A stretch of 49,896 nt of DNA, filler included, from Streblomastix strix (taxonomy: Eukaryota), in the NCBI GenBank assembly GCA_008636045.1. It is 2 parts of 2 records of this genome, joined end to end, with 100 filler letters (N's around TTAATTAATTAA, not from the genome) between each part and the next. Parts side by side here need not be neighbours in the genome. Positions count along the whole stretch, not along the records: positions 1 to 24,943 come from SNRW01000221.1; 1 more part is not named here. One strand, 5' to 3'. The stretch's first letter is position 1. Each line of letters starts with the position of its first letter. Shown here one piece after another: positions 1 through 14,700 of this stretch. The notes under the pieces were generated by a model, which searched no databases, was not told where the DNA came from, and saw only the letters and a program-made list of their open reading frames with translations. A program made the translations under genes and the position numbers.

Positions 1-1
1 T

Positions 2-124
2 GGAGGATGTGTTGCAGGACCAGGCAATATGCTTCCTTCTACTTCAGGAGGAGCAAAAGCAAAAGCTCTGCTGAAGGATCGTCCATTATACAAAGACATA
101 GAGGATGTTACATCTCTTAACTGA
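2..124 (+). CDS. 3' end of a probable [FeFe]-hydrogenase (or Nar1-like) gene, 5' part outside the window
   Basis: Frame 2 reads GGCVAGPGNMLPSTSGGAKAKALLKDRPLYKDIEDVTSLN then TGA (122-124). GGCVAGPG matches the tail of the H-cluster L3 motif (ExMxCxxGCxxGxG). Only 40 codons are visible. Confidence 0.55.
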   Translation, partial: GGCVAGPGNMLPSTSGGAKAKALLKDRPLYKDIEDVTSLN

Positions 125-425
125 ATGAGATTGAATATATATAATCTCTTTTCGTCTAAATAACCCATTTTCATGTTTATTAGTCAAAATATTAAATCTT
201 GATTTTCATATTTTAAATTTTATTAAAAATTAAATAAAATTCCATAACTTTTGATAAATATTATTATGATTTTCGAATGTTTATTAACGTATTCAAATGG
301 GTAATAAGTTTATTTTGAAATATTTCCTTGCATTGTATAACTCAAGAATGGTCAATGGATAATCATTTTAGTAATGCTGTAGTTTTCATCTTTATTCTTA
401 ATCTTCTTTTGTTATTTATTTTGAA

Positions 426-3400
426 TCATACTCCCTCATTTTCCTCATAGTTAATGAAAAATTAGAATGGACTCCAACCAAATTTTATTATTTTGATTGT
501 ATTCTTTTGCAATTAATTTGAAAGTTCTTATTCTTAGTTGGCAACTAATGATTACTTCAAATTACCTACACTATAAGATCTACCTTTTTCTTAAAGTTTA
601 GTTGTAATCTTTGTAGTTTTTTCTTTCAGATCAACTTGAGATTTTATGCTTTTTATTCTATCTTTGTTTTGAATATGATAATTTTATTAATTTTATGTTT
701 ATTGTTATAGCAATATTTATTGAAGTTTACTAATAATACTAATAAAATGTTGACGGGGAGGAGAAGATGCAATTGTTTATATCTCACTTTTAAATGTTTC
801 TTCTTTTAATTTCTAATTTATATCTATGCTATTATTTATTTTATCATTCTTTTCTTTATCAATTTCATCATCTTAATTATTTTTGTCGTATTAAACCAAG
901 TCATTTTCATTTAAAAGTATAGATTCATCAACATTTCTGTTTTTGTTATGTGTTTTCATAATATGAACTGAACCATTTGCTATAAAAATAAATAATTAGT
1001 AAAAAAATATAGTATGTATTGAATATTATTAAAAACAAAAATAAAATAAGGAAGAATTATATTAATTATTTTACTCTTTAAAATAAATCTGTTTATGCAT
1101 ACTATCTAATACAATAACTGAATGCTAAGTAAAAGCAAAGTCTTGGAAAAATAAAGAAGGAACTGGATTTTATAAATAAGCAAGAGGATACAAAAGACAA
1201 TCAAGTATGTTCTACGTAGATGGGAAACTAGGATATGCAAAATAGGATAGAAATAATGAGTCAATAAATATGTAATTGTCAAAAAAAAGGAATATAAAAA
1301 TTAAACCGATTCCAACGACGAATTACTCTAAACATATTGTTTTCTGATCAATAGTAAATTTAATATATATAAATTACAAATAAAAATTAATAATATCTTC
1401 TATAAGATAAAACAATAATTAATAATATCTTTTTATACATACCATCAAAAAAACATATATACGAAGGCGATGAGAAGTCAATTTAAGTAATTCTTTTATT
1501 ATTAAAAAATTAACATGGGTCAATGGGAGTTGTGTATCTTTACCCAGATTCTCTGCCTGAATTTTAAAGCGATTTTATAATCTTCTTCATCTCCTGTACG
1601 TTGGTGCTAAATTCTTATTAGTGTTCATTTTGTTAATGATGATTCTATTTGTCTTATTAATTCTCTATTGTATTATTTTCGTTTGAATTTGTAAAATTTT
1701 ATGGTTAATCTTCTTCTTTTTATTAATTTTCACTCTCATTCCTCTCAGAGTAACCTTAATCTTAATCAAATACTTCGATAAAAATAATGCCATCTTCTAT
1801 AAAAATAAAAAATATGGTAATTTGAGTGAAAAATAACACAAATAAAAAAAGCAATTTCAGAGAAAATAATACCTGTCAAATGTACATCTGATCCCTTAAT
1901 AAGTGTTTTTATTATATGCTAACCAAATAAACCATATTTATTTTTCAAATCAAACATTTCATATTAATAATTATTATCCTTATTTTCTTTATTAATTTCA
2001 TTTTACTTCATATTTGTCTATTTTTCTTTATTTTCCATCTCTTCTTTCATCTCCTGCTCCATTTCCTATTCTTTTTCTTTCTTTATTTTAGCTATTCTTT
2101 TATTCCTCATAATTACTCTTCCTTCTCTATCTCCAAAATAAAGCGATTTCTAATTATACATTGAAGATGAAAGGGAATATTATGATGTATATGAGAATGC
2201 TGAATATAATTTTACAGTTTAATCCACTTCTCTTTCTCTTATTTCTCTCAATTAACTCTGATACTGAGTTTATGAAGATGGGTATGTTGATTAAGGTGAC
2301 GGTGATATACTAGAAAAAGTGGATGATAGTTGTTATCGACCAACAGAGTTTGATCTTTAATTAAATAATGTGAAACATGAGAATGATTTATGAACTTTAA
2401 ATTCGTCTTATAATTATTGTTTCTAAGTCTCTTCATCTTTTTATTATTATTCATTGAGTATTTCATTTTATATTAATTGAATCTAAGTTGGTTGGGGTTA
2501 AGATTCCTATTATGAAATTGACTGTTATAATGAAGATGAAGTAATTACATCTTTAATTTAATATTAAAATAGGTTTGGTGATGATAATGATTATTACATC
2601 ATTGATTTTTTAGTAGGATTTAATGAAGATTCCTAATTTATTGATGAAGATGAAATTTATGATTTTGATGAAGGATTTAATGTCTAAGATAAAAAAGTCT
2701 TAGAATTTTATTAAGATGATTTTCCTTATTATGATAATTATTAAGAAGAATGAAAAAGTGAAGGTAATGTTGTTGAAAGAGATTCTTATGATTATACTAT
2801 TCTAGATTATTATGATTGAGATACAATATTTATTTATTTCTACTATTACAATGTCTGTTATTTATTTGAATGTAATGTTTGGAGTGAATTTGATTATGAT
2901 AAATAATTTGGAGGAGTTGAAGGGGGAGAATTTATTAGATAATTTAAGTATCTGGATTTTTAAGGTGTTCTGTACAATAATAATAAAATAATAATAATAA
3001 TAATAAATTATGATATAGAAAAAATTAAATAAATAATATTTTATAAAGAAAATATTCATTTCCAAACAAATTTCGTTTTTATGGTGATATAGGAGATGAT
3101 GGAACATAATTGTCTGCAAAATTTCTTTCATTCAAAATATTCTTAAAATCATTTTGCTCAAAGTTTGAATTCTCCAAAGATTTCTATTAAATGTATTATT
3201 CTTGTTTTTTTTCAAGTTCATCAATTTATTTTTATTCTTAATTCATTTACAAAGTTAAAGAATTTTCAGTTTATTATGTTTAATTTTGATATGTCCATTA
3301 ATATGGCTGTAAAATAAAGAATTAATAGGAATAAAGTTAGAATGAATATAAACTGAAAGAACATAAATGGTTTATTTAAAAAATTAAATAAAATAAATTA

Positions 3401-5815
3401 TTTTCATATTTCATACTTCGCCATCGATTAATTTACCTGCAAGTTAAGGACAAAAATGAGTTTAAGTAAAGCGACTCTAATTAATCATGAAAAATTATTA
3501 AAAAATCAATAGAAAATATTTATTAATATCCAATTTTTTATTCTATTTGATAAAAATAATATTAAATAATCAAACTCTATCACTTAATTCAACAAGACCA
3601 TCAATCGGTATATTACTATTGTAACGTTTATATGATAACATTGATCCAAGACTGAAAACAGCTCCAGATGCTGAATTAATATAATTATAAATTTAGTGAA
3701 AGAATAAAATAAAAGCAAATATAACAATAAAAAAACTTAAAGTAATTCCAATCCTATCGTTAGTGAAAGCAATATTTTTAATTCTTATTAAAAATAAGAA
3801 TAAGATAATATAGATGAATATTAATGCATTTATTCAATTCAATTTATTATCAAATTATATTTCCTGTTTATTTTTTTATATTTCTTTCACTAATTAATTT
3901 TTACACTTCCCAACTCCTACTGAGCTTTGAACATCAGGACTACTGAAATGTGGAATCTGAATTAATATTTATATATATTCAAAATTAAAATAGTGTAAAA
4001 AAAATAGAAATTAAAAAAAAAATTAAAATTAATAAATATTAAATACCAAAGTCCAAAAGTTGTCCCATGCATGTTCGTATCCTTATTTTATTTCATTTTG
4101 AGTAAAAATTACAAAATAACAAAAATATGATGAATTAATGAATATTTATAAGATAAAATAGCAATACCGTATTCATTTCGACCATATATATATAATTATC
4201 CTTGCTATGTAAGAGCAGCAGAAACGTGATTCCAACAAATTACCTGAATTATCAGATTAAGAAAATTAATTTTTCTTCTCAAATTACGGATCATTTTATA
4301 CCTATTAAAACTTAATAGTAGCTGGAGGCATTCTGATGTTATTAAACCAATCTTAAATTCTTTCTCTTAATGTCATCGAAGAAGGTGTAAGAGGACGTAT
4401 AACTTATTATATGGGAGAATTATATAATAATAAAAATTAAATTAAAAAAAATGATTTGTCACACCTTTCTTTTTTACAATCTTATATTCGTCGTCAATTA
4501 TTTTCTTTATTTCAGCTTATTCTTTGTATCTATCTTCTCTAATCTTATTTAATTGCTTCATTTTTTCTATTTCCTTTTCTTTTTAATTTTATTTCTCTTT
4601 CTCACTTTCGTTTAGTTTCAGATTTAAGAGGTCGAGAAGTGAATGATATCCTTTATTAAGTTTCTTCTTCTTTTATATCCTAATTAAATTTCCTTTTTTT
4701 CACTCCATTTTTGTTGTATTATTTGTATTTATTAAATTAATTTATGAATTTTACTCAGGTAACTATTATGATTTTACTTATTCTTTCTTTTACTGTTCTA
4801 TCTATTGCAAATTTTAATTCGTGAAGTTGCTGTTATTGTTTAAATTATTATTTTATTGTAATATTTATTCTTTTATTTGTGGAATTTGTGGTATTTATTT
4901 CTTTTTTAGTTCTTCTTGAATGAAAACATTGTCTTCTTCATTAAAATTCTAAAATTTATATCGATTCTAAATATTAAAAAATAGATATGAATTTTGAAAT
5001 TAAAATACATAATAATAAACGAATAATAGATGAATTATTTATATAATTAACCATAAATAAAAAATACCTTTAAATCTCTATAAACATAGCTGTAGTTATA
5101 ATTCTTGTTTGATCTATTTATAAAATATTATATTCAAAAGGAGTTCAAAATATTTAATAAACAAAAAATCGTAATAACTTGAAATATTCTAATCGTTTAC
5201 TATCAACTTTACCGAATCTGTATCTACCATCAAAAATATCTTCCTCTTCCTCTGGTTCTTCCTTTATTGAATTATTAGAAATAAATATAAGGATATAAAA
5301 TAAAATTAAATTCATATTGTTTTGTTATTAAATAGTCATTATTAATATTTTATATAAGAAAACCATTCTTTTCCAATCTTTTCCATGTAAAACAATATCT
5401 CTTCCTTCTTTTTTAATCCTTTCTTCTTATTAGTTCATTTCTTTTTCTTCATCTTCCATAACAATCAAATATTTCCTCATTATTCCATCTTCTCCAACAC
5501 AAAAGACTGCATTTCCACGAATGAAATGAGGATTTGGATTACTAAGTTTCTCTTATAAATATTGAAAGTAAATTAAATATTGATTTTATAAGTTACTAAA
5601 AAATATATCATACAACTGAATATATCCATTGATTTGATGCGAATTTTTGTCTTTATTGAAGGATCTTATTTTAAATCTTTATTATAAGTATCGTTATTAC
5701 ATATTTCTACATTCTCAATTTATCTCTATTAGATTTCTTCTTTAATTAAATTAGAATCTTTCATTAACTATCTTTCTAGATCAAAACTTGACTCAAATAC
5801 TATCCCAAAACTCAT
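426..5815 (-). CDS. Multi-exon gene for a large protein with divergent RCC1-like repeats and low-complexity Q/N/S inserts
   Basis: ATG at 5815 (MSFGIVFESSFDLERQLM) and more than 10 GT-AG introns. The exon at about 4168-4243 reads VICWNHVSAALTQQGQLYIYGRNEYG, an RCC1/BLIP-II-like repeat. Other exons give TPIDPCQFFNNKRITQIDFSS and IIKFGWSPFQFFI. The last exon ends at TGA (428-426). Requires TAR=Gln. Confidence 0.55.
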
Positions 5816-6436
5816 TAAATTGTTGATTTTCTTTCGAAAACCCGAGTAAAAATATTAATAATTTAAAAAATATATTTTTCTTAAGATTTTTATGAATTAG
5901 TTGCAAAGAAAATAGAAAATAATTTTTTTTTCATTTTTTCATTTCAGTTAAGTAATTTTATGTAATTTAAATATAACATATCATATTATATTTATAGTGT
6001 TTAATATAAATATTTTTCAGCAGATATGTATCACTGTACATGATCTGTGCTTAAATTGAATTTTGATACTCAGAATAGATCATAATACCTTTTAATTTGT
6101 TTCAATATTTATAAAATTAAATAAGAACCATAAATTTTGGATTAAAAATTATGAAAAACTCTATATTCATAGGACAAATATTGAAATCTGATTGCAAAAA
6201 TATTTAAAGGTAATAATTTCTCCAAGCTTAATAATAAACTAAAATAAACTTGATTTATTTTTTTAAAATACTATACATATCATAATTAATTCATCATTAT
6301 TTATTTTACACCATATTTATTCCAAAAAACATGATTAATCAAAAATTAGCTAAAATTTAATTTTTCTCGGGATATAGCTTTTATACAGTAATTATACGAT
6401 TATTTAATTATTAAAATTTAACCTTATAGTAAGTAT

Positions 6437-9400
6437 ATGAGCAAAAAAGAAGACGACGAGGAAGGAGTTCTGGAGTTATTTTTCAGCCAAAAATGTTTCG
6501 GTTTATACGAAGATTAATTCTTATATTCATACCTAATTTTGTCATGCTATTTTTTAGTTTCAATTGGATGGCTTCCATCTTCAATTCACGTTCTTGATAT
6601 ATCTAACAATGAGCTGAGTAGCATTAATTCAATCGCAACTCAATGTCCACTCTTACGCAGCCTTTATGCTAAAGATAATTCAATAAATGTGTGCAATTAT
6701 ATTTTATACGTTACTATATATAATTAAATTTATTCAAGGATATTTACTGCTTGGCAATGTGTACCAATTTGGAGATATTAGATCTATCAAATAACCAGAT
6801 TTAAAGCATCCTTTCTTTAAGCCCACTGCGCAATCTTACATCAGTTGATATATCAGTATTTCTAAAATAATTGAGAAAATTATATAATAATTTATTTTTA
6901 TTTTTATTTTTAGAATAACCTGCTCAAGGATATAAATGATTTAAGAGCATTTATGAACAAACCATAACTTTCATCTGTATTCATTGATTGTAATCCTATT
7001 TTTAATAGTGACAATGACCAAAGAAAGAAATTAAAGAAAGTTTTTATATAAATGAGGAATATTGCTCCTCATTTATAATTCTTAAATGGTAAACGAATGG
7101 GTGTTTGGAAGATATTCTTGAATGACTCTGATGAATCTGATGAAAATAAGGAAAAAAATGGAAACAATATTGATTAAGATAAAGATGTTAATAAATTCAA
7201 ATAATAAGAAAAATATAAGAAAAGAAAACATAAATCACATAAGCATCGAAAATAAAGACATCATCATTATTCATAAAATGACTCAAATTAATCAGATTCA
7301 AATTCAATACAATCTCAATCTGACTCATATTCTGATTCTCAATCTTAATATTCTTCATAGATACAATCATAATCATAACCTAATTCAGATGATGATTAGT
7401 ATATTAACTCTTAATCTTTACCATCACTCTCATTAGAAGACTAAAACGCACTTGTATGTCTATCATCACTTGCAATACTATAGAAATCTAACAGTGTACT
7501 TGCATAATAAGTATTCAACGCTATGAAGAGATTAAATGAAGAAATGAAGATTGCTGCAGAAGAAGAGAGAATTAAGAAAGAGAAGAATAAGAAAGATAAG
7601 GAGATATTATTAAATGAAGATGATGACATTGACATTAATTCAGATATTGATTTCATAATATCTGACTCAGATATATTAAATGATGAAGAAAAATAAAATA
7701 CAATTAATGAGAAATTAAAAGAAGAAGACAAAAGTGCAATTAATTCATATAGATACAAAACATAAACAGAAAGAACATCTACATCTCGAAGAAGTGACTT
7801 AACTAATATATAAGATAACAATAGTTAAATTGATGTTCAAGATTCATAATCTAAATAAAAAAGGATTTAACCTCCGCTTAAATCAAATGATTCAGAATGG
7901 AATGATGTTTTCAAAAGTTTAGAATAAATTATGAATTAAGAAGACAATTAAGATTAAAAAGATAAATAAGATGAGAAAGAATCTGAAATTGAAAGAAAGA
8001 AAAGAGAAGCAGAGAATGAAAAGAGATTAAAAGAGTTAAAACTGAAAGAAATGAACAAACTGACCAAATTAAGATGTTTCCTTATTCCTGCTCCTTCACT
8101 TCCTTCTCTATAATATTCATAATAGAATAATTCATAATATACTCCGAGATCATAAAGATAATCATAAAGAAAAGCTTCATCGCCATCAGCTAATAATACA
8201 ACCAGCGGAACTAAATCTAATTAACTTTTCTTAATTACACCAATTGATTTAATTCATACACCAAAGATTGATAGATCCAGAGAAAAAATTATTCCTCCAT
8301 AAATGAATTCTCAGTAAATACATTAAAATAATGGTTAATTATCCTATAAATAGGCATTTCAATTAAAACAATAAAAATAGTAATAAAATTCCCAGGCATT
8401 AAACCGAAATATATAAATCTCAAAATAATTGTCATACAAACCTTATTAAGATCTCTATTTTAAACCTTCATTTAACAATTCAATTAACATTTATCCACCT
8501 CATCTTACTCCCATTTGTATATTGTAATTTCCATTTCATGATATTTGGAATGAAGATGATGATGATTAAGAAATAGAAGAACTACTTTTAGAGGAGGATA
8601 TTGATGGATATGATAATTATAGATAGAGTGAGATAAATAAGAATAATAACTGGAAAAGAATGCGAATTAAACATAATTAAAGCAAAGAGAATAAATATTA
8701 AATTAAAAGGATAAAAAAGAAATAATAACTACCTATATTGAATAGAAATGATATTGAAAAAGTGAGATATGATTTAATTACATCTGCATTGAAAATACTT
8801 CAATAATCAGATTAATAAACATCAGTGCAATCTTAAATATAATAATAAAGCTCATAATAATAATAGAAATAATTTAATATTTCTTCATCCAAATGTAATG
8901 AAGTATTATAGAGAGAATAAGGAAACAGTTAATTCAAAGAATTCAAAGATGATAAAGAGAAGAAAGTTAAATGGGGAGGAATTGATAAATAATAATAACA
9001 ATAATTGAATTCATAATTATCATAATAAAAAAATTAATAATTAGTTTCATCCACTCCTTAATTTTAATAATAATATATTATTTAAGATAATAATAATACC
9101 AATCCATTCATTAATACATAACAAAGTATATAATAGAATTAATAATATTCTTCATCCTAAGTATCTACTTCATCTCCATCTCCTCTTCAAATTCAAATTC
9201 AACTTCCTCATCCAATAATTCCTGAATTCATTCAATTATCACCAACTGAATCAACTACTCCTCATTCTCCATATAATGACACTATTCATTCAATATAACA
9301 GAATCATTCTTTTATATCACAATCTCCAAAACCATCTTAATCCCCATCTGTTCCAAATACTATAATTAAAGAGAAGGAATATTAATAGATGAAAGAAAAT

Positions 9401-11282
9401 GAAGCTATAGACCCAGTGACTCGTTTTTAGTCTTATTCACCAACTCCAACTATTGATACATCTAATAATCAATCAAATATATAATTTTATGCTTCTTATT
9501 AATAATCTCAGACTCTTTCTACAATATCTCCTCCTATTAGATTGTCCTTATCTTCTCTGTTTCATTCAGATTCAGCTAAAAGTGCTAATCAATAGCACAA
9601 TCTCTTATCATAATTAGCTAATCATTCAAATCCTGCTTCTTCATCATCTTCTATATTAACTTTATAATAATCATAATTATCCACATATTATTTAGATGCA
9701 AATGAATATAACAAGAAATAAAATTAAATATAATCAAATTAATCATTAACTGGAATTAATTTATTATCAGAAAGAAATATAAATAATTTAAGTAGCGCAT
9801 TTCTATCAACAAGATAATCTTTTGGATCGATAGAAGGCAATGGAAATACTAATAAAGTAACACTTGAAAATAATTAAATAAATAAACTTAATCTAACACC
9901 AATCTCATAAAAACCTTCTACTTAATTCTCCCACATTAGTAATACTCTTAATTCATATTCATCATGGAGTGCATCTTCATCTGCATATAACACAGTTCTT
10001 ATGTCTTAACCTTTATCTTCTCTTTCATTACCTTTAAAAGATTAATTAATAAATACAATTATGGAAAAGACTAAAATATTTGATTTACTTTTGTATTTCA
10101 CACCCACAGATACAAGAAGAGAATTGGCGGTGCAATCTGCAAGGTTAATATTATCTTAATGTTATTATTACTATTATTGTCATTTCTATTAATTTATTTA
10201 TTCAACTATTAAATTTATTAATTTTTCGTTTCTATATTTTATTATTTTTATAATATTTTAGATGGAGATGGCTCCATGTTTAACTTGAATTGACAAAATA
10301 TAAACATGAGAAATTATAAATGAAGAGAAAATAAGAGAAATAAAAAGAAGAGAAAAAGAAAAATAATTAAATTTAAATTTCAAAGAAAATAATTAAATCA
10401 ACATTAAGCTTTGAATTGAAAAAGAAATAATTGAAAGATAAACAAAATAAAGAAATATAAAAATAAGCAAAATAAAATCATTAACCAAAAAGATAATAAA
10501 AGAATTAATCTATTTCTCCTCCTATTCAAATTATTTCTCCATTTAAAAAATATCATACAAATCCACTAATGCCTTCTTCTAATATTTAATAATAATAATA
10601 AGTCATTCCCAAGGAAAATGAAAAAATGAGTGAAATATAATCGAAGAATTAAAATCAAATTTCTCCATCTTCATCTTAACTACCTTCATTTTTAACATAA
10701 ACAACAGTATCTTCCAGAAATAAAATAAAGCCATGGATATTTATTAAGTCAAGATAATAAAACTTAATAGAAAATGTGGAATAAAATGTTAATAATTAAA
10801 ACAATTAACAGAATAATAATAAACATTATGGTTCAACAATATAAAATTCCGTTTTTTCTGGTTTATAAACATCTTAATAATAAATTCCTTAATAATAATA
10901 TTAAAATGAAAATTAAATACCTTCATAACAATAAGAATCAGATTAAGATATTTTCAATTTCACTTCATTCTTGATTAATGAAAAAGAAGAAAAGATCAAT
11001 TAAACCAAACAGAAATACATTGAAGAAGGGTAAGATATGTTGGCTGACATTGAGAAAGAACTAGAAATGGAGATGAAGGAAGAGAAATAAAAAGAGAAAG
11101 ACAGAGAAAAAGATAAGAAGGTAACAAATTAGGAATATAAATATGATAGGGAGAAGAATAAAGAAAAATCGAATGATAGAATTATAATAAAGAAAGAAGA
11201 TTTTGATTTTAAGAAAGAATTTAATGAAAATCTCGTCTCAGATGAGTCGCTATTCCTAGGTGAGCCGTATTTGAATTAATGA
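6437..11282 (+). CDS. Leucine-rich repeat protein (SDS22-like LRRs plus LRRcap) with a very long low-complexity and coiled-coil C-terminus
   Basis: ATG 6437 (MSKKEDDEEGVLELFF). Exons encode IHVLDISNNELSSINSI, LLRSLYAKDNSI, NLEILDLSNNQIQSILSLSPLRNLTSVDIS, NNLLKDINDL, VFIDCNPI and APHLQFLNGK. Introns lie at about 6499-6557, 6689-6739, 6856-6912 and 10144-10261. The last exon frame ends at TGA 11280-11282. Confidence 0.8.
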
Positions 11283-11756
11283 ATGGAAATTATATATTGA
11301 AAATAAGTATTTATTCTGTAAAATATTCTAGTGTATAATTTAAATTTTGTAGTTTATATTTTAAATTCAATAAAAAATTGAACTTAGATTTTAAAGAATT
11401 TTTGTATTTATTGTTTATTGATCTCATACAAACATTTAAGAAATGCAACCTCTCCACATTTATATTTTCAATAGTGCTTATATATTCAATTTACTTATAT
11501 AATATTTATATAATTTTTGAATATTTTCAGGCGATTTTATTCTATTTCAAGCAAAAAATTGTCATTTAAAATTTAAAATAAAAAATCCAAATTTCTACTC
11601 TAACTGTGAATATTTTTCTTATAAATAATGCAATTTTTTGCTCTTACAAATTATTTACCTTAAAATAATTAAATTTAAAATTCATAATTCTATTTTTTAA
11701 TAAATTTTACTATATTTTGATAGAGATAATATAACAATATTATTTATAGATTTCTG

Positions 11757-14700
11757 ATGACTCGACTTGTGCGTGCACTGTTCTCTGAAATGCCAAGTAC
11801 AATCTTATTTGGGAAACGTGAGAATCTAGAAGTTTATGCATTCTCTCGGCCAGATTTTTTTCCCAGACTAAAGGTATTCGATTAAATTCATCATATTGTT
11901 ATTTATTATTCAATTATATATAGCTTACTTCACCGTCATCTATCCTTGTGCGAAAGACCTTTGCAAATGCTGGTTTTGGTGTGATCCGCTCTGATTCTGA
12001 TGCAAGATGGCTATCTCTTTGGGGCATACCAAAGCGTTTAGGAGAGTATAGTGATATGAATGCAATGTAACGTGTAAGCCATTTCCCATCAACATATGAA
12101 GTAGGTCGAAAGGATAGATTGGCTTGGAATCTCCAGAGATTAACAAAGAAGGTTGGAAGCTGGGCATATTCATTCTTCCCACATACATTTGTTCTCCCAC
12201 GTGATTCATACCTCCTTAAATAACATCTCACATCTGCTGCATCTCATAGATTTATAGCCAGATTAACATCTTCATAAACAAATAATTCAAATTAATAGTC
12301 ACAAACCAATTTAATAAATGAATCAATTCCTTATTATTCACAATTGCAAAATACAGAACGTGAGTAAGAGTTCTATATTTCTAAACCTGTATCATCTGCT
12401 CGAGGCATTGGAGTTCATCTTGTTAGTAACCCTCTTTAATTGCCTTAAGATACAAAAGCGATAATTCAGAGATATATATCACATCCACTACTTGTAAATG
12501 GATATAAGATTGATATAAGAATATATATTGCTGTTACTGGTGTTAATCCATTTAGAATATATATGTTTCCATAAGGCCTTGTTAGATTTGCTTCAGAAGA
12601 ATATATTCCATTGAAGCATAAGAGAGGAGGAAGTAAAGGATCAATTGGAAAGATTAAAAAAAAGAAGAATAAACAAAATAATAATCAATAAGAAGAATAA
12701 AAACAAAGTCAAAGTGAAGATATGAATGAAAGTGAAGATGAAAACGATTCCAAATCGATTTCTTCATAGAAACCAGATAGTCCTTCTCTTACCAGCTAAT
12801 CTCCATAATAATCATCATCTAATCCAATTTCACAATCAATACGTTTTTGTCATCTGACTAATTTCTCCATAAATAAGAAGAGAAAGAGTGAATGGAATAA
12901 ACCTGGTAATGAATGGATGATTCCTGCTAAATAGGCTTGGATTAGAAGAAGAATGAATATTAGGAGAAAGAGAAAGAGTAAATAAGATTAGAAACAGAAT
13001 AATGATCCGAATATAAATACTGATAAAATGAAAGCTGAATTATAAAATTTTAGTCAAAAACCAATTTCATAGCAATAATCATTTTCTTAATAAAGGTAGA
13101 AATATATAAATTCATTCTATCCACCATTGCCAATTGGAGATTCAGATGGCGATGGAACAAAATGGACATTAACTGAACTAAGATTATTTATTAGATATAT
13201 ATTGGGAGCAGGTATTTGAATATTTATAATTGTATATTAATATCATATATTATATTAAATTTATTATTAATAGATGATACATTAGTTATTCACAGAATAT
13301 AAGATGTCATAATCAAAGCTCTTCTTTCAGCATCTCAACCTTTTTCTGCCACTTCATATGCTTTACATTAATATGCTTGTATGATTATATATAATAATTT
13401 AATTATAATTGTATTATTATTGATATTACAATATACTATTAACCTTACATTCATTTATTACTTTGTTTATTTTCATTCAATTAATATATTTGATACAAGA
13501 AAATGGATGGGAACTTTTTGGAGCCGATATTCTACTAGATGAAAATTTGAGGTTACTTTTTCATTATTGATTACTAAATATATTCTAATTTTATTTATTT
13601 TTATTCATAATGATTTTAATTACAGACCATGGATATTAGAAATCAACACTTCACCTTCACTTCAAGCTTCATCAAGGTTTGATTTAATATTATTGAAGGA
13701 ATGAAAATATGAATATAATAATAATTATTATATTATCTATTTTATTTTTCTATTCATCACAAATTATTATAATAGATTGGATTATAGAGTCAAGAAGTCA
13801 ATGTTAACAGATTTATTTAATATGATAGGATTCTCTCCAGCTGATAAATAAGGAAGAACACTTGGAATAAGAATAGAAGAAAGGAAACAGTTTAATAATG
13901 AGAATAATAATGAAGATGAAGATGAAGAAGATTAATTGGAAAATGGAGAAGAAGGAGAACAAGAACAAGAATAAGGATAAATCAATTAAGATAAATAAAA
14001 TGATAATAAAATATAAACAGATGAAGAAATTAGAAACAAATTATATATTCCTGGAGAAAATAGTGATGATGATAATAATGTTAATAATAATAACTGTAAA
14101 ATAATGAGAACTAGAACAGCTCCTGTAATAATACAATAAAATAAAAAAGATATTTTGAAATTGCCTTATGCATCATCAATATCATTAAAACCAAAATAAT
14201 AAATAAATACAAATAATTAAGACAAGAAAATTAATTAGAGTAAATAAAATAAGAAGAAGGATAAAGAATAAGAAAAGAATGAAGATGAAAATGAAGGAGC
14301 AGATGAATCAGTTGATATTGACTTTGAAGATGAAGATAATATTAATAACAATTAGAATTAGAATTAGAATATAATAACAAATAATAATAATGCAAATGAA
14401 ATAGATTAATATTCAGAGTTTAGAAGCTATGTTAAATAAGAGAAGATTAAAGCAAGAGAAATATTGAATAATAAATAGCCAATTTTTTAGTATTTAGTTT
14501 CATCTTCTTCATAATAACAACAACAATAATTATTTAATCCCCAAAACAAATAATTAAACGTCAATATAACAAATAATAACCAATAGATTAATATCAATAA
14601 TATTAAATAATAATAATTCAAATGTATTATATTCACAATCTATCCAACTCCACTACCTCTGAAATAAGGAACTAACTTAGAATAAATACTTAACAAATTG

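Noticed and set aside
5816..6436. Bidirectional promoter between the divergent RCC1-like and LRR genes
   Set aside because: The arrangement is head-to-head, but no specific motif can be supported in such AT-rich DNA.
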